A stretch of 58,819 nucleotides of DNA, the filler included, from Sluysia triapertura (Eukaryota), in assembly GCA_046118255.1 (NCBI GenBank). It is 5 parts of 5 records of this genome, joined end to end, with 100 filler letters (N's around TTAATTAATTAA, not from the genome) between each part and the next. Parts side by side here need not be neighbours in the genome. Positions count along the whole stretch, not along the records: positions 34,471 to 45,292 come from JBJNIA010193017.1; positions 45,393 to 58,819 come from JBJNIA010040247.1; 3 more parts are not named here. One strand, written 5' to 3'. The notes beneath the pieces are model-generated. The model had not been told where the DNA came from and did no database searches. It was given only the letters and a program-made list of their open reading frames with translations. The translations under genes and the position numbers were made by a program. Positions 41,820 to 54,667 of the stretch are shown piece after piece; position 1 is the stretch's first letter; every line of letters starts with the position of its first letter.

Positions 41820-42125
41820 GTTTTTATGCGATTAAGGCGACTAGACGTCCCACCAAAGATGTTCGATGAAACATTTCTGAATTGGACACCGAGAACCAAT
41901 CGAATGGCCTGCTTGATTTTTTTCTATGGTGAGTTTTAAAGAACGCAGTTTATTCTAAAAAGCCAAATTTCAGTGGAAACTTGCCAGAAAGTATGTCTCA
42001 GTGTTGTCAAAACATGCCGTACATTTTGAACATTTGTAAATACTAAATATACCTATTAAATTTGTCGTTTTTGATATCTAATTTATATTTAAGTTTGCGG
42101 TTCGATTACTTTTGGGACACCATAT
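41820..42125 (+). mobile_element. mariner-like (DD37D/DD41D-type) transposase 3' remnant with right TIR
   Basis: LDFFLW*VLKNAVYSKKP and terminal HFEHL*; ends ttttgggacacca-ta. A partial mirror gtgtcccaaaa lies near 40997. Confidence 0.7.
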
Positions 42126-42817
42126 ATATAAAGTTGGTATTAAATCAAGATATGACTAGGAATTATTAATTATTAAATTTATAGATATTGATTTAGAAAT
42201 GATTTTGACAAGCTTATGAAGATATTTGATTGGCCCGTAACCGAATGCTAATTAACGATAATAAATTTCATAAACAAACATTGTTTTAATATTCATTAAA
42301 ATTCAATATTTAAATTTTAATTTAACCCATAAATTCAAAGATCAGGAAAATAGATGGTGAGTGTCGGATTTTTCAAGATACTTGGACGTTTGATTATTTA
42401 TTTATCGAGCAAAATGGAAAGCCTTGAAAAGAGTGATGTGAATAAAGTGGTAAATATCAGGCACTTTTTGATTTTTATTCAGAATACATTTATTCTAATG
42501 GGAAGTATCCTATCCTGGTGAACCATGCAAAAAAGAAGTAATTTCCCTTCTTTTCATTATTTTCAAAATTGAAACAATTATAAAACAAGATTTACCGATA
42601 GCAATAATGAATAATGATTTGTTGTTGGCATCGACAGGCCTGATACATTAATTATTCAAATTTTGGATTTTAGAATACAAAAGATTTTTAAAATACATTG
42701 TTTCTTATCAACTTACTTGCTTATTAAATGTAAAACTAAAATATTTTTAAGAATCTTCATTATTTTATTAATTTTAAGCAACTTGAAAAGTGCTTTTTCT
42801 TATAATATTTTTAAGAA

Positions 42818-42884
42818 ACCCTCCGGACCGACACTCTCTCAGAAAACGTAATCCGGCCAAAATGTTTCGACCCCTGATCTAGAC
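42818..42884. mobile_element. hAT-Charlie-like element end
   Basis: aatccggcc..tttcGACCCCTG followed by aTCTAGAc, which fits the NTCTAGAN target consensus. Confidence 0.45.
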
Positions 42885-45208
42885 CTTCAAACTTTAAAAT
42901 TTAAATCATACATTGATTCATTTATTTCTGTTTTTAATCAAGTATATAACCGTTATTTTCAAATTACCGTCGACATCTCTTGCTAAACCACCATTATCAT
43001 TCAGAAATTCCACCAATACTTCTGCTTTAATCATTCCACCGTACTAAACATAATTAATTATAGATTTAATGACGTAAATCATAATAGGACAATAAAAACA
43101 ATGTGGTACGAAGAATGGGAATGTATGATTCAATGAATGCTCTCGATTCAGAAAACGAAAAAATAGATACATTTTATCAAGATGCAAATAAAACAATAAA
43201 ATAAGTGAAGCATTAACGAGAAAATTAAAGTAGAGCAAGCAAAAGGTACGAAAATAAAAACAATGAACGTTTCGGTCTATTTTTCATGAAGTAAAACAAT
43301 TAGAATAACTCAAATTAATAATAAAAATTGATAATAGTTTCAGAGGGTTGGTGTACATCCTTAGAAAGCCATGATTACTTAAAACATTTAATTATGATCT
43401 CTTTTTGAATAATTCATAAATTTAGATTGTTAAAACAGATTGATCGATAGAAACAGATCAATATTTTCATAATATTTATGATAAAACAAGTCTTATTTAG
43501 CTTCGTAATCAAAATTAGCGTGCTCAAGTATTCCCTCAGTTACATGATCGACTTGACGATTCCATTGATGTTTGTAGTGAGTAGTATGTGATATTCAAAT
43601 TAAAACTTACAACATAACCCCTTTCTTTACTGGAAATTGGAAACCAATATATCATTGGATTATTTGATAAATAAAATCTGAATAACAAAGATAACGCTAA
43701 TTTAAAATGTAGCTAAAATTAAATTAAGTACCACAAAAAGGTTCTATATCGTATTCTGTATTCTAAGAAAATTAGAAGATTGTTGATGTTGATATTTGTT
43801 GATGTAGTTAAAGTTTATTTTCTTTTAATTGTTTTATTTATATTTTATTAATTTTATTATAAATACTATTTGTTTTAAGTATAAAATCCATATTAATTAC
43901 TATAATAAATGCGATTATCATTGTAAATAAATAATAAAATTTAATTAATATATTAAATTAAATAATGAATAAAATTAACTTCTTTTGTTTAATCAAATTA
44001 TTTTATGAAATTAATGTTTTAATAAATCAATTTTATGAAATTGTAAACAAGCAATGTGGCGTCCAGAATTACAGTATTCACACAATATACAATTCTAATC
44101 TTCAAGAAACAATCGAAAATTAAGATCATTCTTGTTAAGTTTAATCACGTCATCATTTTAATTCGGAGGGCATAAAATCTACACTTAAAATATTATTAAT
44201 AATAATAATACTAATAACCTTTAATTTTGTTTTGTTTTTTTGACCTAAATGTGTATCATTTTGTCTTGAGTGTGCATAATTAATATAAGGAATTAACTTT
44301 TATTGTTTTTCTATTAAAATAATTCTCAACGTATATTGTCATTTGTTAGAAGGCTAGCTTAATTTGTAAATTTCGTTTTAAATAACTAAAATCAATTACA
44401 TTGTACACCAGACCCTACGGCTAGTTTATTATGTGAATTTTTTAAATTAATTACGTGATTTATTGAGATTAATTCAGACACAAACATGTTTAACTACTTG
44501 ACTGTTTTCTAAAATTCTAAAAAATCCTAATATGACTTCATCTTAACAGATATAAATCATGATTATTAGGTGGACTAAAAACATTCAGGTATTTTGTAAG
44601 ATTAAGTTTAATTTACCATAAAAATTTTACTAAGTAGTAGTAGAATTATTAGTATTACTAATAGTGGTAGTAGTAGTAGTAATAAATATATACTAACATA
44701 TCTTTTAAATTTCCGAGATTTTCTACATGAATTTTGAAAAACTTAATCTATAATGCATTAAAAGACTATTTCTTATTAAAACATTCTTACTCGTTCTTCT
44801 GTTTTAAATGCATTTGCTACGTTTTCAATAACTTCACAGTATCTTCCACACCCTGCATTATAAAATATATTGTGTCATTATCATAACGTAGTTTAATAAG
44901 GCATCATTTTGAGTTTTACAACGAATACATAAATGATGCATGTGAAAGAAGCAAATATTGATAGACTAATTCGATGAATGAAGAAATATGTGAAATAATT
45001 TATGGGCGACAGTTTGTCGAGTGGCAAAAATTTTATTATNNNNNNNNNNNNNNNNNNNNNNNNNNNNNNNNNNNNNNNNNNNNNNNNNNNNNNNNNNNNN
45101 NNNNNNNNNNNNNNNNNNNNNNNNNNNNNNNNNNNNNNNNNNNNNNNNNNNNNNNNNNNNNNNNNNNNNNACAAAGTGCCAAGTAGTATAATTGAATATA
45201 TTGAAAAT

Positions 45209-45280
45209 ATATTGGTAGCTCAGTGGTAGAGCATTCGAACTGCGCAGCGATGGTCCCGGGTTCGATCCCCGGTCAGTCCA
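45209..45280 (+). tRNA. tRNA-Ala(TGC)-like pseudogene or SINE head
   Basis: Intact A box/D arm TAGCTCAGTGGTAGAGC and T arm CCGGGTTCGATCCCCGG; TGC at the anticodon position; TTTT terminator. The anticodon stem and first two acceptor pairs do not pair. Confidence 0.6.
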
Positions 45281-45873
45281 TTTTACGAAGTCNNNNNNNN
45301 NNNNNNNNNNNNNNNNNNNNNNNNNNNNNNNNNNNNTTAATTAATTAANNNNNNNNNNNNNNNNNNNNNNNNNNNNNNNNNNNNNNNNNNNNGGACTTCC
45401 GTAATGTAAGCATTTGTAAATTATTGTCATAATTTTAAATTCTATTCTTGCTTTTATTGGCAACCAATGCAATTCTTTGAGATAGGGTGTTATATGAGAT
45501 CTTCTTCCAACTTGGAGGATTAGTCTTGCTGCTTGATAAATTATAAGACTGGAAATAATGTTTAAGTAATGTTTAAATAAATAATATTGAAATACAATGT
45601 AATAATGTGTGCTATAAATTATATTATTTTATCAAAAATAAATCTTCAAGAAAAAATTGAACAGGAATCACTTATACATTTATTGTTTAAATAAGTACAT
45701 ATATATTTATATAATAATTTTTATTTTTTCTTTTCATTTATATTGTATAAAAATAAATTGTTTGCAATTCAAAAATAATTCATAATTTAGTACGTCATTT
45801 GTTCTATTGTTTATTTCAAAATTTATTTTAAACTAATTCACAATTAATAAGTTTTCAATTAATTAGCCATATT

Positions 45874-47190
45874 ATGAATAATCAGAAAAATAAAGTTACA
45901 CCTATTGGTCTTTATATGAAATATCATAATAAAAATTCTGATTCTCCTATTAATTATTCCGAAGCTTCTTCTTTGTTTAAGTCGCTAAGTAATCATATGC
46001 GTGACTATTATACAGTTGAAGCAAAAACTATAAATAGGAGAAATGCTCAATCGACATATACTTCTCAGAAGGATTCGTTGGGGAATAATCTGAAAGATGT
46101 AGAAGCTATGGAATTGCGCAAAAAAAATTGGATAAAGAACGCTGAACAAAAGATCGACCAAATGTGCACTGGAAATAAAATTTTCAATAAAGTTTTTTAC
46201 GTTGCTAGAATATCAGGATGCGAATTTAATAGACCGCTACAGTATGAGCATTGTTATGTGCCAGGTGAAATAACTATTTTTAAATTTACACTTAATCGTG
46301 GTATATTGAATGAATTAATTTTATTTCCACAAACTATTCAAGTTCCTCCAGGATATCGTCAAAGTCTAAATGAAGAATGTAATATAATTTTTAAATTAAT
46401 TGATGTTTTAGTGGAAGAAAGGGTTGGGTGGAAGCCAGACATGTTTAAATTAAGTCATGAAATAGAAGACTGCATAAATGGAATCAGAACCTTCTTCGGT
46501 GAAGACATTAATGATCCTATTTTTGTACCTGTATGTTTAATTAGCATTTAAATCAAATTTAGTTAATTCGTTACAAAAAATTATTTTGAATATATTTAAA
46601 TTTAATATATTAAATTATTTTTATTAGTTTCTTTATCCAATACGAATTTAATTTTCAAGTACTTTTAGATACAATTTTTATTTGTAATCGGATTGGAGAT
46701 TGATATATTTTTGTAATTTTTCTATTTTATATTTAAGATGCCAGATCAACTTTCTTGGGTTGGGCAAGGACTCTACACGTTATATGAAGAAGCAGGTAAA
46801 GTGTGTCCTTGGATAAAATCTTTCGAAGATTGGGGTGCAAATACTAGGTTGTATTCTTTTGAATACTTAATTTCTAGAATAATGAACACTTTTTGTTCTG
46901 ATAACATTACAAAGGGAAATATTAAGCCAAAGTATGTACTAGATTATTGGTGTAATATGGCAACTGATTATGGTGCTGAATGTTGCGATCGTCATACTCA
47001 TTATGGAATGGCTAATCAGTGTTCGACTAATATGTTAAAAAAGCAATTATATATGAGTTTTTTGTTAATCAAATCAATTTATCAAGACAGTATGCCTGAT
47101 CTCAAATTAATTGTCAGTGAACAATTTTACAGAAGCTTAGATTTTTTATTGCAATATGACCATGTTAGTTTTAATAACTTCGATAAATAA
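45874..47190 (+). CDS. mael: Maelstrom homolog (HMG box + MAEL domain), exons 45874-46530 and 46738-47190
   Basis: Degenerate HMG box; DSLGNNLKDVE linker; YVPGEITIFKFTLNRGI ~ PAEIA..KFSL..GI; VPPGY; C-x2-H-x8-C (CDRHTHYGMANQC) completes the ECHC zinc site. Phase-0 GTATGT..TAAG intron 46531-46737. Confidence 0.88.
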
Positions 47191-47984
47191 TCTTTAAACA
47201 AATTAAAGTTTGGTAATTTAAACATTAAATTGTTTAGCTTTATTTATTGGTATTGGCTTGTAGTATGCAACTTATTATAAAATAAACTTGTTAATATTTA
47301 TTGAGGTCGTTTGTATTATAAGTTGCCAAGAATTATCTCGTAAGTAGAAGTTTGTGTTTGTGTCGCTTGGCAACGAACGTGTTAATCAAAAGCCTTCAAA
47401 ATTAATTAAGTTTAATTCAAAATGGAAAGTTAAAAAATATTAATTAAGTTGTTGGATAGAAATTATGATGATGGACTGATTTCGCCAAATAATATAGGAT
47501 GTCTTAAGTTTAATAATATTGTGATATCACGAGGACTTCTAATTGTATTACTTTTAGACTTGTGTTTATTCATACTTTTATCATTAATTATTTTGCTGTA
47601 TTGCTTATAATTACAAAAAAATAAGCAAAGACAATGTATTTTCATAAACGTTCTAATAAAACATTTACAATATTTGGATCACTGAGCACAAGAAATGTTT
47701 CAATTTAATGATACCTTTCTCTACTTACGCAAAAGAAGGAAATAATGTTTTACGAATAATACGTTCATTATTAACCATTTTGAGATATATCGAAAACAAT
47801 TTTTGAAAATAAATTATCAATTCATCTATGCTTCTATTTACAAAATTTAATGTTAATGCATGAACTACCAAGAGAAACATCACCGAACCGAAGTACGTTC
47901 TGGTGCTTTAGTGATCACATTCATCTGATAAATAATCATCAATATTTGGAGAAACACATTCTGAACTCAATAAATTAAGAGTAA

Positions 47985-48203
47985 ATATTGATTAAATCTT
48001 TAACTATATCTACATAACCACAGTGGCAGACCCAATGAATAAAAAATAATCCTTCAAACGATTCCAAGCTTCCCATTTGAGTTTTGCTTCAATCGTTGCT
48101 TGATTAAAGTATCCAAAAAAATTTAATGTTCTGCATTTAAAGAACCAACAATTCTGGGTAAAACCTGAACAGCTTTATCAAATAGTTCATCATTTTCAAA
48201 ATC
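47985..48203 (-). pseudogene. ACBD6: ACBD6-like (acyl-CoA-binding + ankyrin) pseudogene with internal deletions
   Basis: ELFDKAVQVLP..FFGYFNQATI/EAKLKWEAWNRLK (ACBP), joined to FIHWVCHCGYVDIVKDLI (ankyrin LLHWACDRGH). Confidence 0.7.
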
Positions 48204-48482
48204 TTACATCTTTCTTTAAATTAATTTGCAAAATGTCTTTAGACAAAAATGGGCAGCCAAATCAGATAAGTAATTTACCAAAAGTATTTGATAGGAATAC
48301 ATTTAGTGATTCTCAAATAACAACTTATCGATTATCTGGTAATGAAACCATAATAAAATATTTTGGTCTAGTTAATCAAGTGATAAATTGATTTTTTACG
48401 CACTTTGTCAAAATTTTGAGTTTTTCTTGTAGAACATTAGATACAAATCTTTTTGATGATAATACCCAAATTATATGAGGTA

Positions 48483-48648
48483 TCGTATTTTCTTCTGTAT
48501 TATCCGCACTTAATGTATAGCCCGCATTATAAAAATCAACTTTTTTCTTTAGGATCAGTAAAATAAATTTCTAAACTATTGATGTATAACCCGCACCACA
48601 AAACACTTTTCAGTGTATAGCCCGCAGACTATAGGTAAGAAAATACAG
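48483..48648. mobile_element. Tc2/pogo-like MITE with TA target duplication
   Basis: TA|tcgtattttctt ... aagaaaatacag|TA, with internal repeats tgtata(g/a)cccgca x3. Confidence 0.7.
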
Positions 48649-48949
48649 TACATACGTTAAAGGAGCTTGTATACCCAAGAAAATAGTTATGCATTAATAA
48701 TAATTAACATTTTTGTTTGACAACACTATCTTCTGTTGGAATCGGTCGATCAGATAGAAGGTAAAATGTACTTTCCATTCAGCATATATATTGAATTTTT
48801 TCAGTCCAGTGTCTAGAATAATGATCATACTGATCTTCCAAAATAATTAAATTAATATTAATAATTATTGATAATTTGATTGATTCACAACATCTAATGG
48901 AAATTGAAACTGAGAAATTCGAAAAAGGTGATTTCAACATAACAAAGAA

Positions 48950-49265
48950 CATGCTTTTTAGTTTCCATATGTTGATCCGACGACAAAGGTACGGGACGAT
49001 TTTCTTATTCCCGATCTCATACACGATATCCGCTGCCTGCAAATGATGTAACAGGATGATGAATTACTTCAGCACACTATCTGAGCAGAATTGAAAATAT
49101 CTTCAGTATCCATACTTTTTTTCTCTTGTTGGCCACCTCTTTATTCAGATCCACCAACAAAAGTCTGTTCACTAGTTTCGAAATCAATGTAACAATGTTG
49201 ATATAGTGTTGTATATGTCAGGTACGTTTTTACATGTGTTTGTGAAATGATATAAACTAATCATG
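48950..49265 (-). pseudogene. NSFL1C: NSFL1C (p47)/UBXN2B-like pseudogene fragment
   Basis: QTFVGGSE*RGGQQ..EDIFNSAQ..AEV..TSFAGSGYRV ~ QRFYAGGSERSGQQ..DDLFKGAK..FAGGGYRLG. Confidence 0.7.
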
Positions 49266-49419
49266 GGAGAGATGTTGAGCTATCACAGATGGTTTTTTAA
49301 TTTATTAAATATTTAAACTAATATTTAACTCTCCTTCGTTGTCATACAAATTTAATTTTTTTAACAAATAAAGAAAATTAAATTAAATATGCTATGTACA
49401 TTAAGAAAACTTATTTGAG

Positions 49420-49640
49420 AAATCTCATCCGATACATTTTCTCCAACAGCGTTCTAAATCGAAAATCCATGTTTGAAAAAAGACCGATTCTACTCTAAGA
49501 ATATTTATCTATGAAAGCGAAATGCTTCACAAGATATTCTTTAACTGTCTGAAAAGATGAAAATTCGATGGTGCCAAGTCTGTACTGGCCTTTAATAAGG
49601 AAAAAAGCAAGATTTGGACTAAGCTGAATGTGGAATTTGC
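49420..49640 (-). mobile_element. mariner (DD34D) transposase C-terminal remnant
   Basis: STDLAPSNFHLFRQLKNIL and FFKHG..LERCWRKCI ~ SPDLAPSDFHLF..RW.KCI. Confidence 0.75.
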
Positions 49641-50189
49641 ATTATTTTGCTTAAGTTAATTTAAGTACATTTGGTTTGAAGGCATTTTTGCTATCATTTT
49701 ACTGTGGCTTGTTTGGTTAAAATTAACCTGAGTTAAATTAAATTTTATTTTAACTTTATAAATTAAATTAACAATGTTTGCTTTAAAAATTTCATCGTTT
49801 ATTATTTTATTCATTAAAAATATAAAATACCAAGACTTAAATTTATTGTAAATCAAATTAAAGGTGTGACGTAAACTAAAATTTATTAATTTTATAAGAA
49901 TGTTAATTACACCACTCACGTCGTGGATGTTCTTGTAGGATTCTCCCTTAATAATAAATAAAAATAAAAAATATCTGTCAATGTAAGATAAGTATTTAAA
50001 ATTACTTCGAGTCTTGAATTGTTTAACCGATTATCAGATTCAATATTGCTCGTAGTTCCAGTGAAAGTTTGATTGGTCCACAATCCATGATCAGGTGCGT
50101 TATTTTGTACTGACATGAGTAGATCACTCAATCGACTTAAATGTCTGTTACAAAATTGATTTTTTGATCAGAGATAAATTGATTCGAAG

Positions 50190-51295
50190 ATGTCATGGAA
50201 ATAACGGCAATGTACACCAAATTTGAGACATATGCTGGCTTCGTTTAACTGATATGGGCACTGAATTGGTATTTTGTGCACACAAGAAATTCCACTTGAA
50301 TTTTGTATAGAAGATTCAAATTGCTTGATCTGGTCGAGCAGATTGGACATACTTTGTTTAATTTTGTAAACATTATAGTTGATCATATATAATCAAAGAT
50401 GGATCAACATGTATAGATTTTATTGAATTTTTGATATGAATCTAATTCAATTTTATATTTCTTCAGAATTAAACAACACAATACATCAGATTCAGATTCT
50501 TCATTTAACAAATATTTTACCTCATGGAATAAATTTGGCCTGTTGTAGTGAACTCGAAGAACAGCTGTTTCAGTTGATAGAAACAAAATTTCTTTTACAT
50601 CTTGAATGACTTTATCTGACGCAGTTGCAATTAAACCCATCACTAACATACCACACAAATGTTGTTTAATAATATGTAAACTTTTATAATCCGATCTAAG
50701 ATCATGAACCAATTGACAACAACAATTAACTTCATCTATAACAAATCGACCCAATCGATCATCGGTGTTTGCTTTCGCGAGTGCTTTCATAAAATTTTTT
50801 CTCTGCAACTTTCTGGAGTTACAAAGATAAGTTTATATTGTGGTTGTTCAATGGAATTTTGTAAGGCTTTATAAACTTCGGTTAGAATTTTTGTTGCACA
50901 ACTTGAGTCTAAAACTATACATGTAATCTCAAAACTTTCTGAATTACGAATTTGATCTTGCATTAATGATATAAGTGATAATACGACAATTGTGACTTTT
51001 CTATCATTTGTGGGCTTTATTAAAGTACAGTCATTCCCATGGAGAATTGCACTCATAATATTTAACTGCATAGGTCCTAAACTTGATAGTTTAAAATGAT
51101 TTCTGTTAACTTATCTTTCCATTTTGTCCCATCACAACTTTGAGTACATTTAGATCGTTTAGGCTTATCTTTAATAGGAACAAGCTTTAACTTCTCATTA
51201 TTAAGGATTTCAATATGACTTTTGATGTTAACGATTTGATCTTGCAATCTTTTAATTTCATTGTGAATTTCAATAAATCTTTGTTGACTATTCAT
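50190..51295 (-). pseudogene. RECQL: RecQ1 (RECQL) helicase pseudogene
   Basis: N-terminal coiled coil; degenerate motif I (KPTNDRK, then a deletion); LISLMQDQ; KLIFVTPE; IDEVNCCCQLVHDLRSDY ~ DEVHCCSQWGHDFRPDY; GLIATAS; YNRPNLFHEV. Stops and frameshifts. Confidence 0.92.
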
Positions 51296-51512
51296 TTAAT
51301 AATTATGTTATTATATAATTAAAGACAACTGTTTTTAATTTTTTATTAAACATTTCATCAAATCTATTATATTTTATTAACTGACAATTTTGTTTAGTTG
51401 ATTTTTACTAATTTTTTGTTGTAATTCGTTCAGTTAAAATCAAAATTAGATTATTATTTTTGCGAATCAAAACGCGCGCAATTCCACTATCTTTATGCAG
51501 CAACTCACGAAT

Positions 51513-52320
51513 GATTGGACGTCCAATACCAATCATTAATTGGGCGTCCAATACCAATCATTAATTGGGCGTCCAATCAGGCTATACCAAATATGATCTG
51601 AATAGTGTCTCATCGGTAGACAGCAAGCATGAAATATTGAATTGGCTTTAATTGATCTGTCTACTGATGACATATAATGAATGAAGTTTGGTTGTTAGGC
51701 CAGTTAAAATACTGGTGACCAAATTAAAATAAATGATTACATAATAAAAATGCGAAAGCGAAATAATTAGATAAAATAAAATAATATTATTATTAAAATT
51801 AGTCAAAACCAAATGCACAAACTTTGTCTTTCTTTTTCTTACATGATCTTCCTTTTGTAAAATCTTTTTTCTGAACATATTTTCTGAAATATTAATAAAT
51901 TTAATAAAAAATATAAATGTGGCTAAAGATGTTAGAGAAATTGATGAATGGATATAATTGAGGAGGTTAAAGAATTTTCATTTTAATGCAGTGTTTTAGA
52001 GTTGAATTAAAGATGAAATTTTAAAGTTTTTTAAAGATATAAAAGTTGCAAATGTTGAAGGATTGTGACTTTGAAATGTTTCAAATTAATTTTGAAATGT
52101 ATATTTGGTACTTTGAGATGTAAAATTTGATTCTAGTGTTGTGAAATTATGTGTTAAAAATGTTTTAATGATATATGAAATGTACATTTAATGGTTTGAA
52201 TGTAAGATGTGATTTTGGTGTTGTAAAATTGTAAATTTAAAATGTTTTGAATTGAGCATAGTTTTAATAGATCTTAAGAAAAAAAGGTATAGAAAAAGGT
52301 TTTGATACTTTTTAAAAAGG
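51513..52320. repeat. Dispersed CCAAT-palindrome repeat, copy B, head locally triplicated with 25-bp period
   Basis: attggacgtccaat, then (gtccaataccaatcattaattgggc)x2 and gtccaatcag. Body aligns with 54690-55150. Confidence 0.8.
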
Positions 52321-52399
52321 TAAATGAACAATGTAAAAATATGATTTGAATAGCTATTTGAATCTCAAGTTATGGGTTAAAAAATTCTGGATACTGATA

Positions 52400-52640
52400 A
52401 ATCACAATAGCTTCAACTTTTTATTTCATTACAATGAAGGTCAGAGTTGACAGACTCTTCATCAGGAATCAATTCGAAGTGAATTATACTTCAAATTCTA
52501 CGAAATGCAAATCAAGAGAGTTTTTCAAATATACCTTTTTAAACTTCGGGTTGACCAATCTAGCCTTTACCTAACCATTCATTTTTAGTTCCTTTGTTAC
52601 GATAATACCTCATTGCGTCATTGGGATATTGCATTTTCTC
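52400..52640 (-). mobile_element. mariner transposase central remnant
   Basis: YYRNKGTKNEWLGKG..IIHFELIPDEESVNSDLHCNEI ~ YYDN..RK.W..GE..GIIHFELLP.G.TVNSD.YC.QL. Confidence 0.7.
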
Positions 52641-53327
52641 AGATTTTCATTCAGTTTAAATTGTAATTCCTTGCGATACTTATTAGTGCCTCCTAACAAT
52701 TTCAAACTTCGATATTGATTCGATCGAGAAATTTAAGCTCATTTGATATTGTTTAAACACCTTGAATTAGGTTGATTCTCGACTAAACATTCTTCATTTG
52801 TTCGCGTAAATATTCATAAATATATAATCCAAGGTTTGTTTTCCTTTCTCAATGTTAAATTTGTTATATAAAGTGGGACAGTGAAAACACAGTTAAAAAT
52901 AGATAATGTTTTATTTTAATTTTTATTGTAAAAGGATTATTCGGTATTTTATATAAAATGTTTGTTTAACAGATAAATGTATATTTTGATATTTTTGCAG
53001 ATAAAAAATAAAAATGAAGGTCAACAACGAAATGAAACTGATATGAGTAAATTAGATTGGAACGATTATTACGATCGAAGTGGTATTGAAGATATTTTAA
53101 CCTCAATGCACCAAGTTTCATTAGAAGGGTATAATTATTTAATAATTTTACAAGTTCATTATTTTTAGGAACCGTTCAATCAATGGCCGAAATAATGTAA
53201 TTTTCTATTTTCTAAATTGGATTATTAAAAATATTTAAAATAAAATATTTTATACTGTATAAGATTTAATTTTTTTGTTTAAAATTTTAAGAAATGAAAT
53301 GAATATTGAAATTTTAAAAATTATTAA

Positions 53328-53556
53328 CCCCTTCTCGGTTTATTTATTTTTCAAGTGTATGGTCGAAAACTGGCTATTTTTTTATTAACAAAAAAACAAA
53401 ATTAGTGTATAAAGATATTTCCGACGTCGTTTTATAAATATTACGAAGATTACACTTATTTTTCGTCTGATTGTTTTGGTGCCGTATATATAGGGCATTT
53501 TATGCTCTGGTCAGTTTTAGTTATGCCGTAAATATACAGCATGAACAGGGAAGGGG
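53328..53556. mobile_element. piggyBac-derived MITE
   Basis: TTAA|CCCCTTC ... GAAGGGG|TTAA, TIR match about 13/16; subterminal palindromes gccgtatatatagggc and atgccgtaaatatacagcat. Confidence 0.8.
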
Positions 53557-53624
53557 TTAATGAAATAAAATTAATTTTTTGCAAAATTCAAAATAAATCA
53601 AATTACTTTATGCAATTGTAAATT

Positions 53625-54310
53625 CTAATTACATTTATCTTCCTGTAATTGTTCATACAACTTCTTATCATACCTATTTTTATTGACTGATTTATCCGTT
53701 GATTGATCGAATGAGTTTTTTTGTTTCTGTTTCATTGAAGGAATGCTTGCTCACAGAAGAGTAAGATACAATCTAAACTAAAATCCATTTAACTGGTACA
53801 AAATAAAACTTTATAATTAATAAACATAGAAAGCACATAATTTTCAATAATAATTATTAATAATAATATGATAATTATAATAAAACAAATTTCCAAAAAT
53901 AGGCAATGCTTTTAGTTCACTTTCTGAACATTGACAATATCTCGTGTTCAATGATGAAATTAAATAATATACAAGAATACAATCAATTTCAGTTGAGTGA
54001 GTACTCTTTAAATTATAAGTTATAATCTTGAATAGATAATTTTTATGATGATCATTATTGATATCAATTTTTGTTTGTATCAAATTCGTTGCATCTTTTA
54101 ACAAAGGGAAATAACAGTTTCTCTTAATAATACGTTAGATTCATCTTCCAAATTATTATCTTTTACTTGCTCAATATTGACAGAACAGACAACATAACCA
54201 ATTTCAAGATTACTTTTTTTAGCAAAGTTGAATACTAAGTTTATATCAAAATATCTAAATAACATATGCTAAAAAACTAAATGTATTTTCTAAATTCATT
54301 ATTGGACATC
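53625..54310 (-). pseudogene. Unidentified interrupted coding-like sequence
   Basis: Consecutive frameshifted ORF pieces (MLFRYFDINLVFNF.., ORF 53844-54104, a charged tail). No family recognised. Confidence 0.3.
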
Positions 54311-54430
54311 AATGATCAGAAGAATTATATTTAAACGAATAATGTTACTTTAAGTATCAAATTGTTTTTGTCTCGTAATATTAAATTTATAATAATGTAC
54401 GGTTTTATTTTCAATTTTCTAGTGTCAATA

Positions 54431-54634
54431 TTGATTGGACGTCCACGGTTGTGTTTACAATTAGTAATAAAATGTAATGATTGGACGTCCAATCAGAACA
54501 GTTACATCTTTTGCTTTAAAATGTTGATGAACTCACACTGTCATCTGTTTAGAAACTGTCAGCTGATGACAGGTTATAGTGGCTAACAACAAAGTTTAGT
54601 AGTAGTAATAATATTGATAAAATTAATTTTAATA

Positions 54635-54667
<33 letters not shown>

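Noticed and set aside
42960-43045. HECT-like VEFLNDNGGLARD
   Set aside because: A single short motif with no supporting context.
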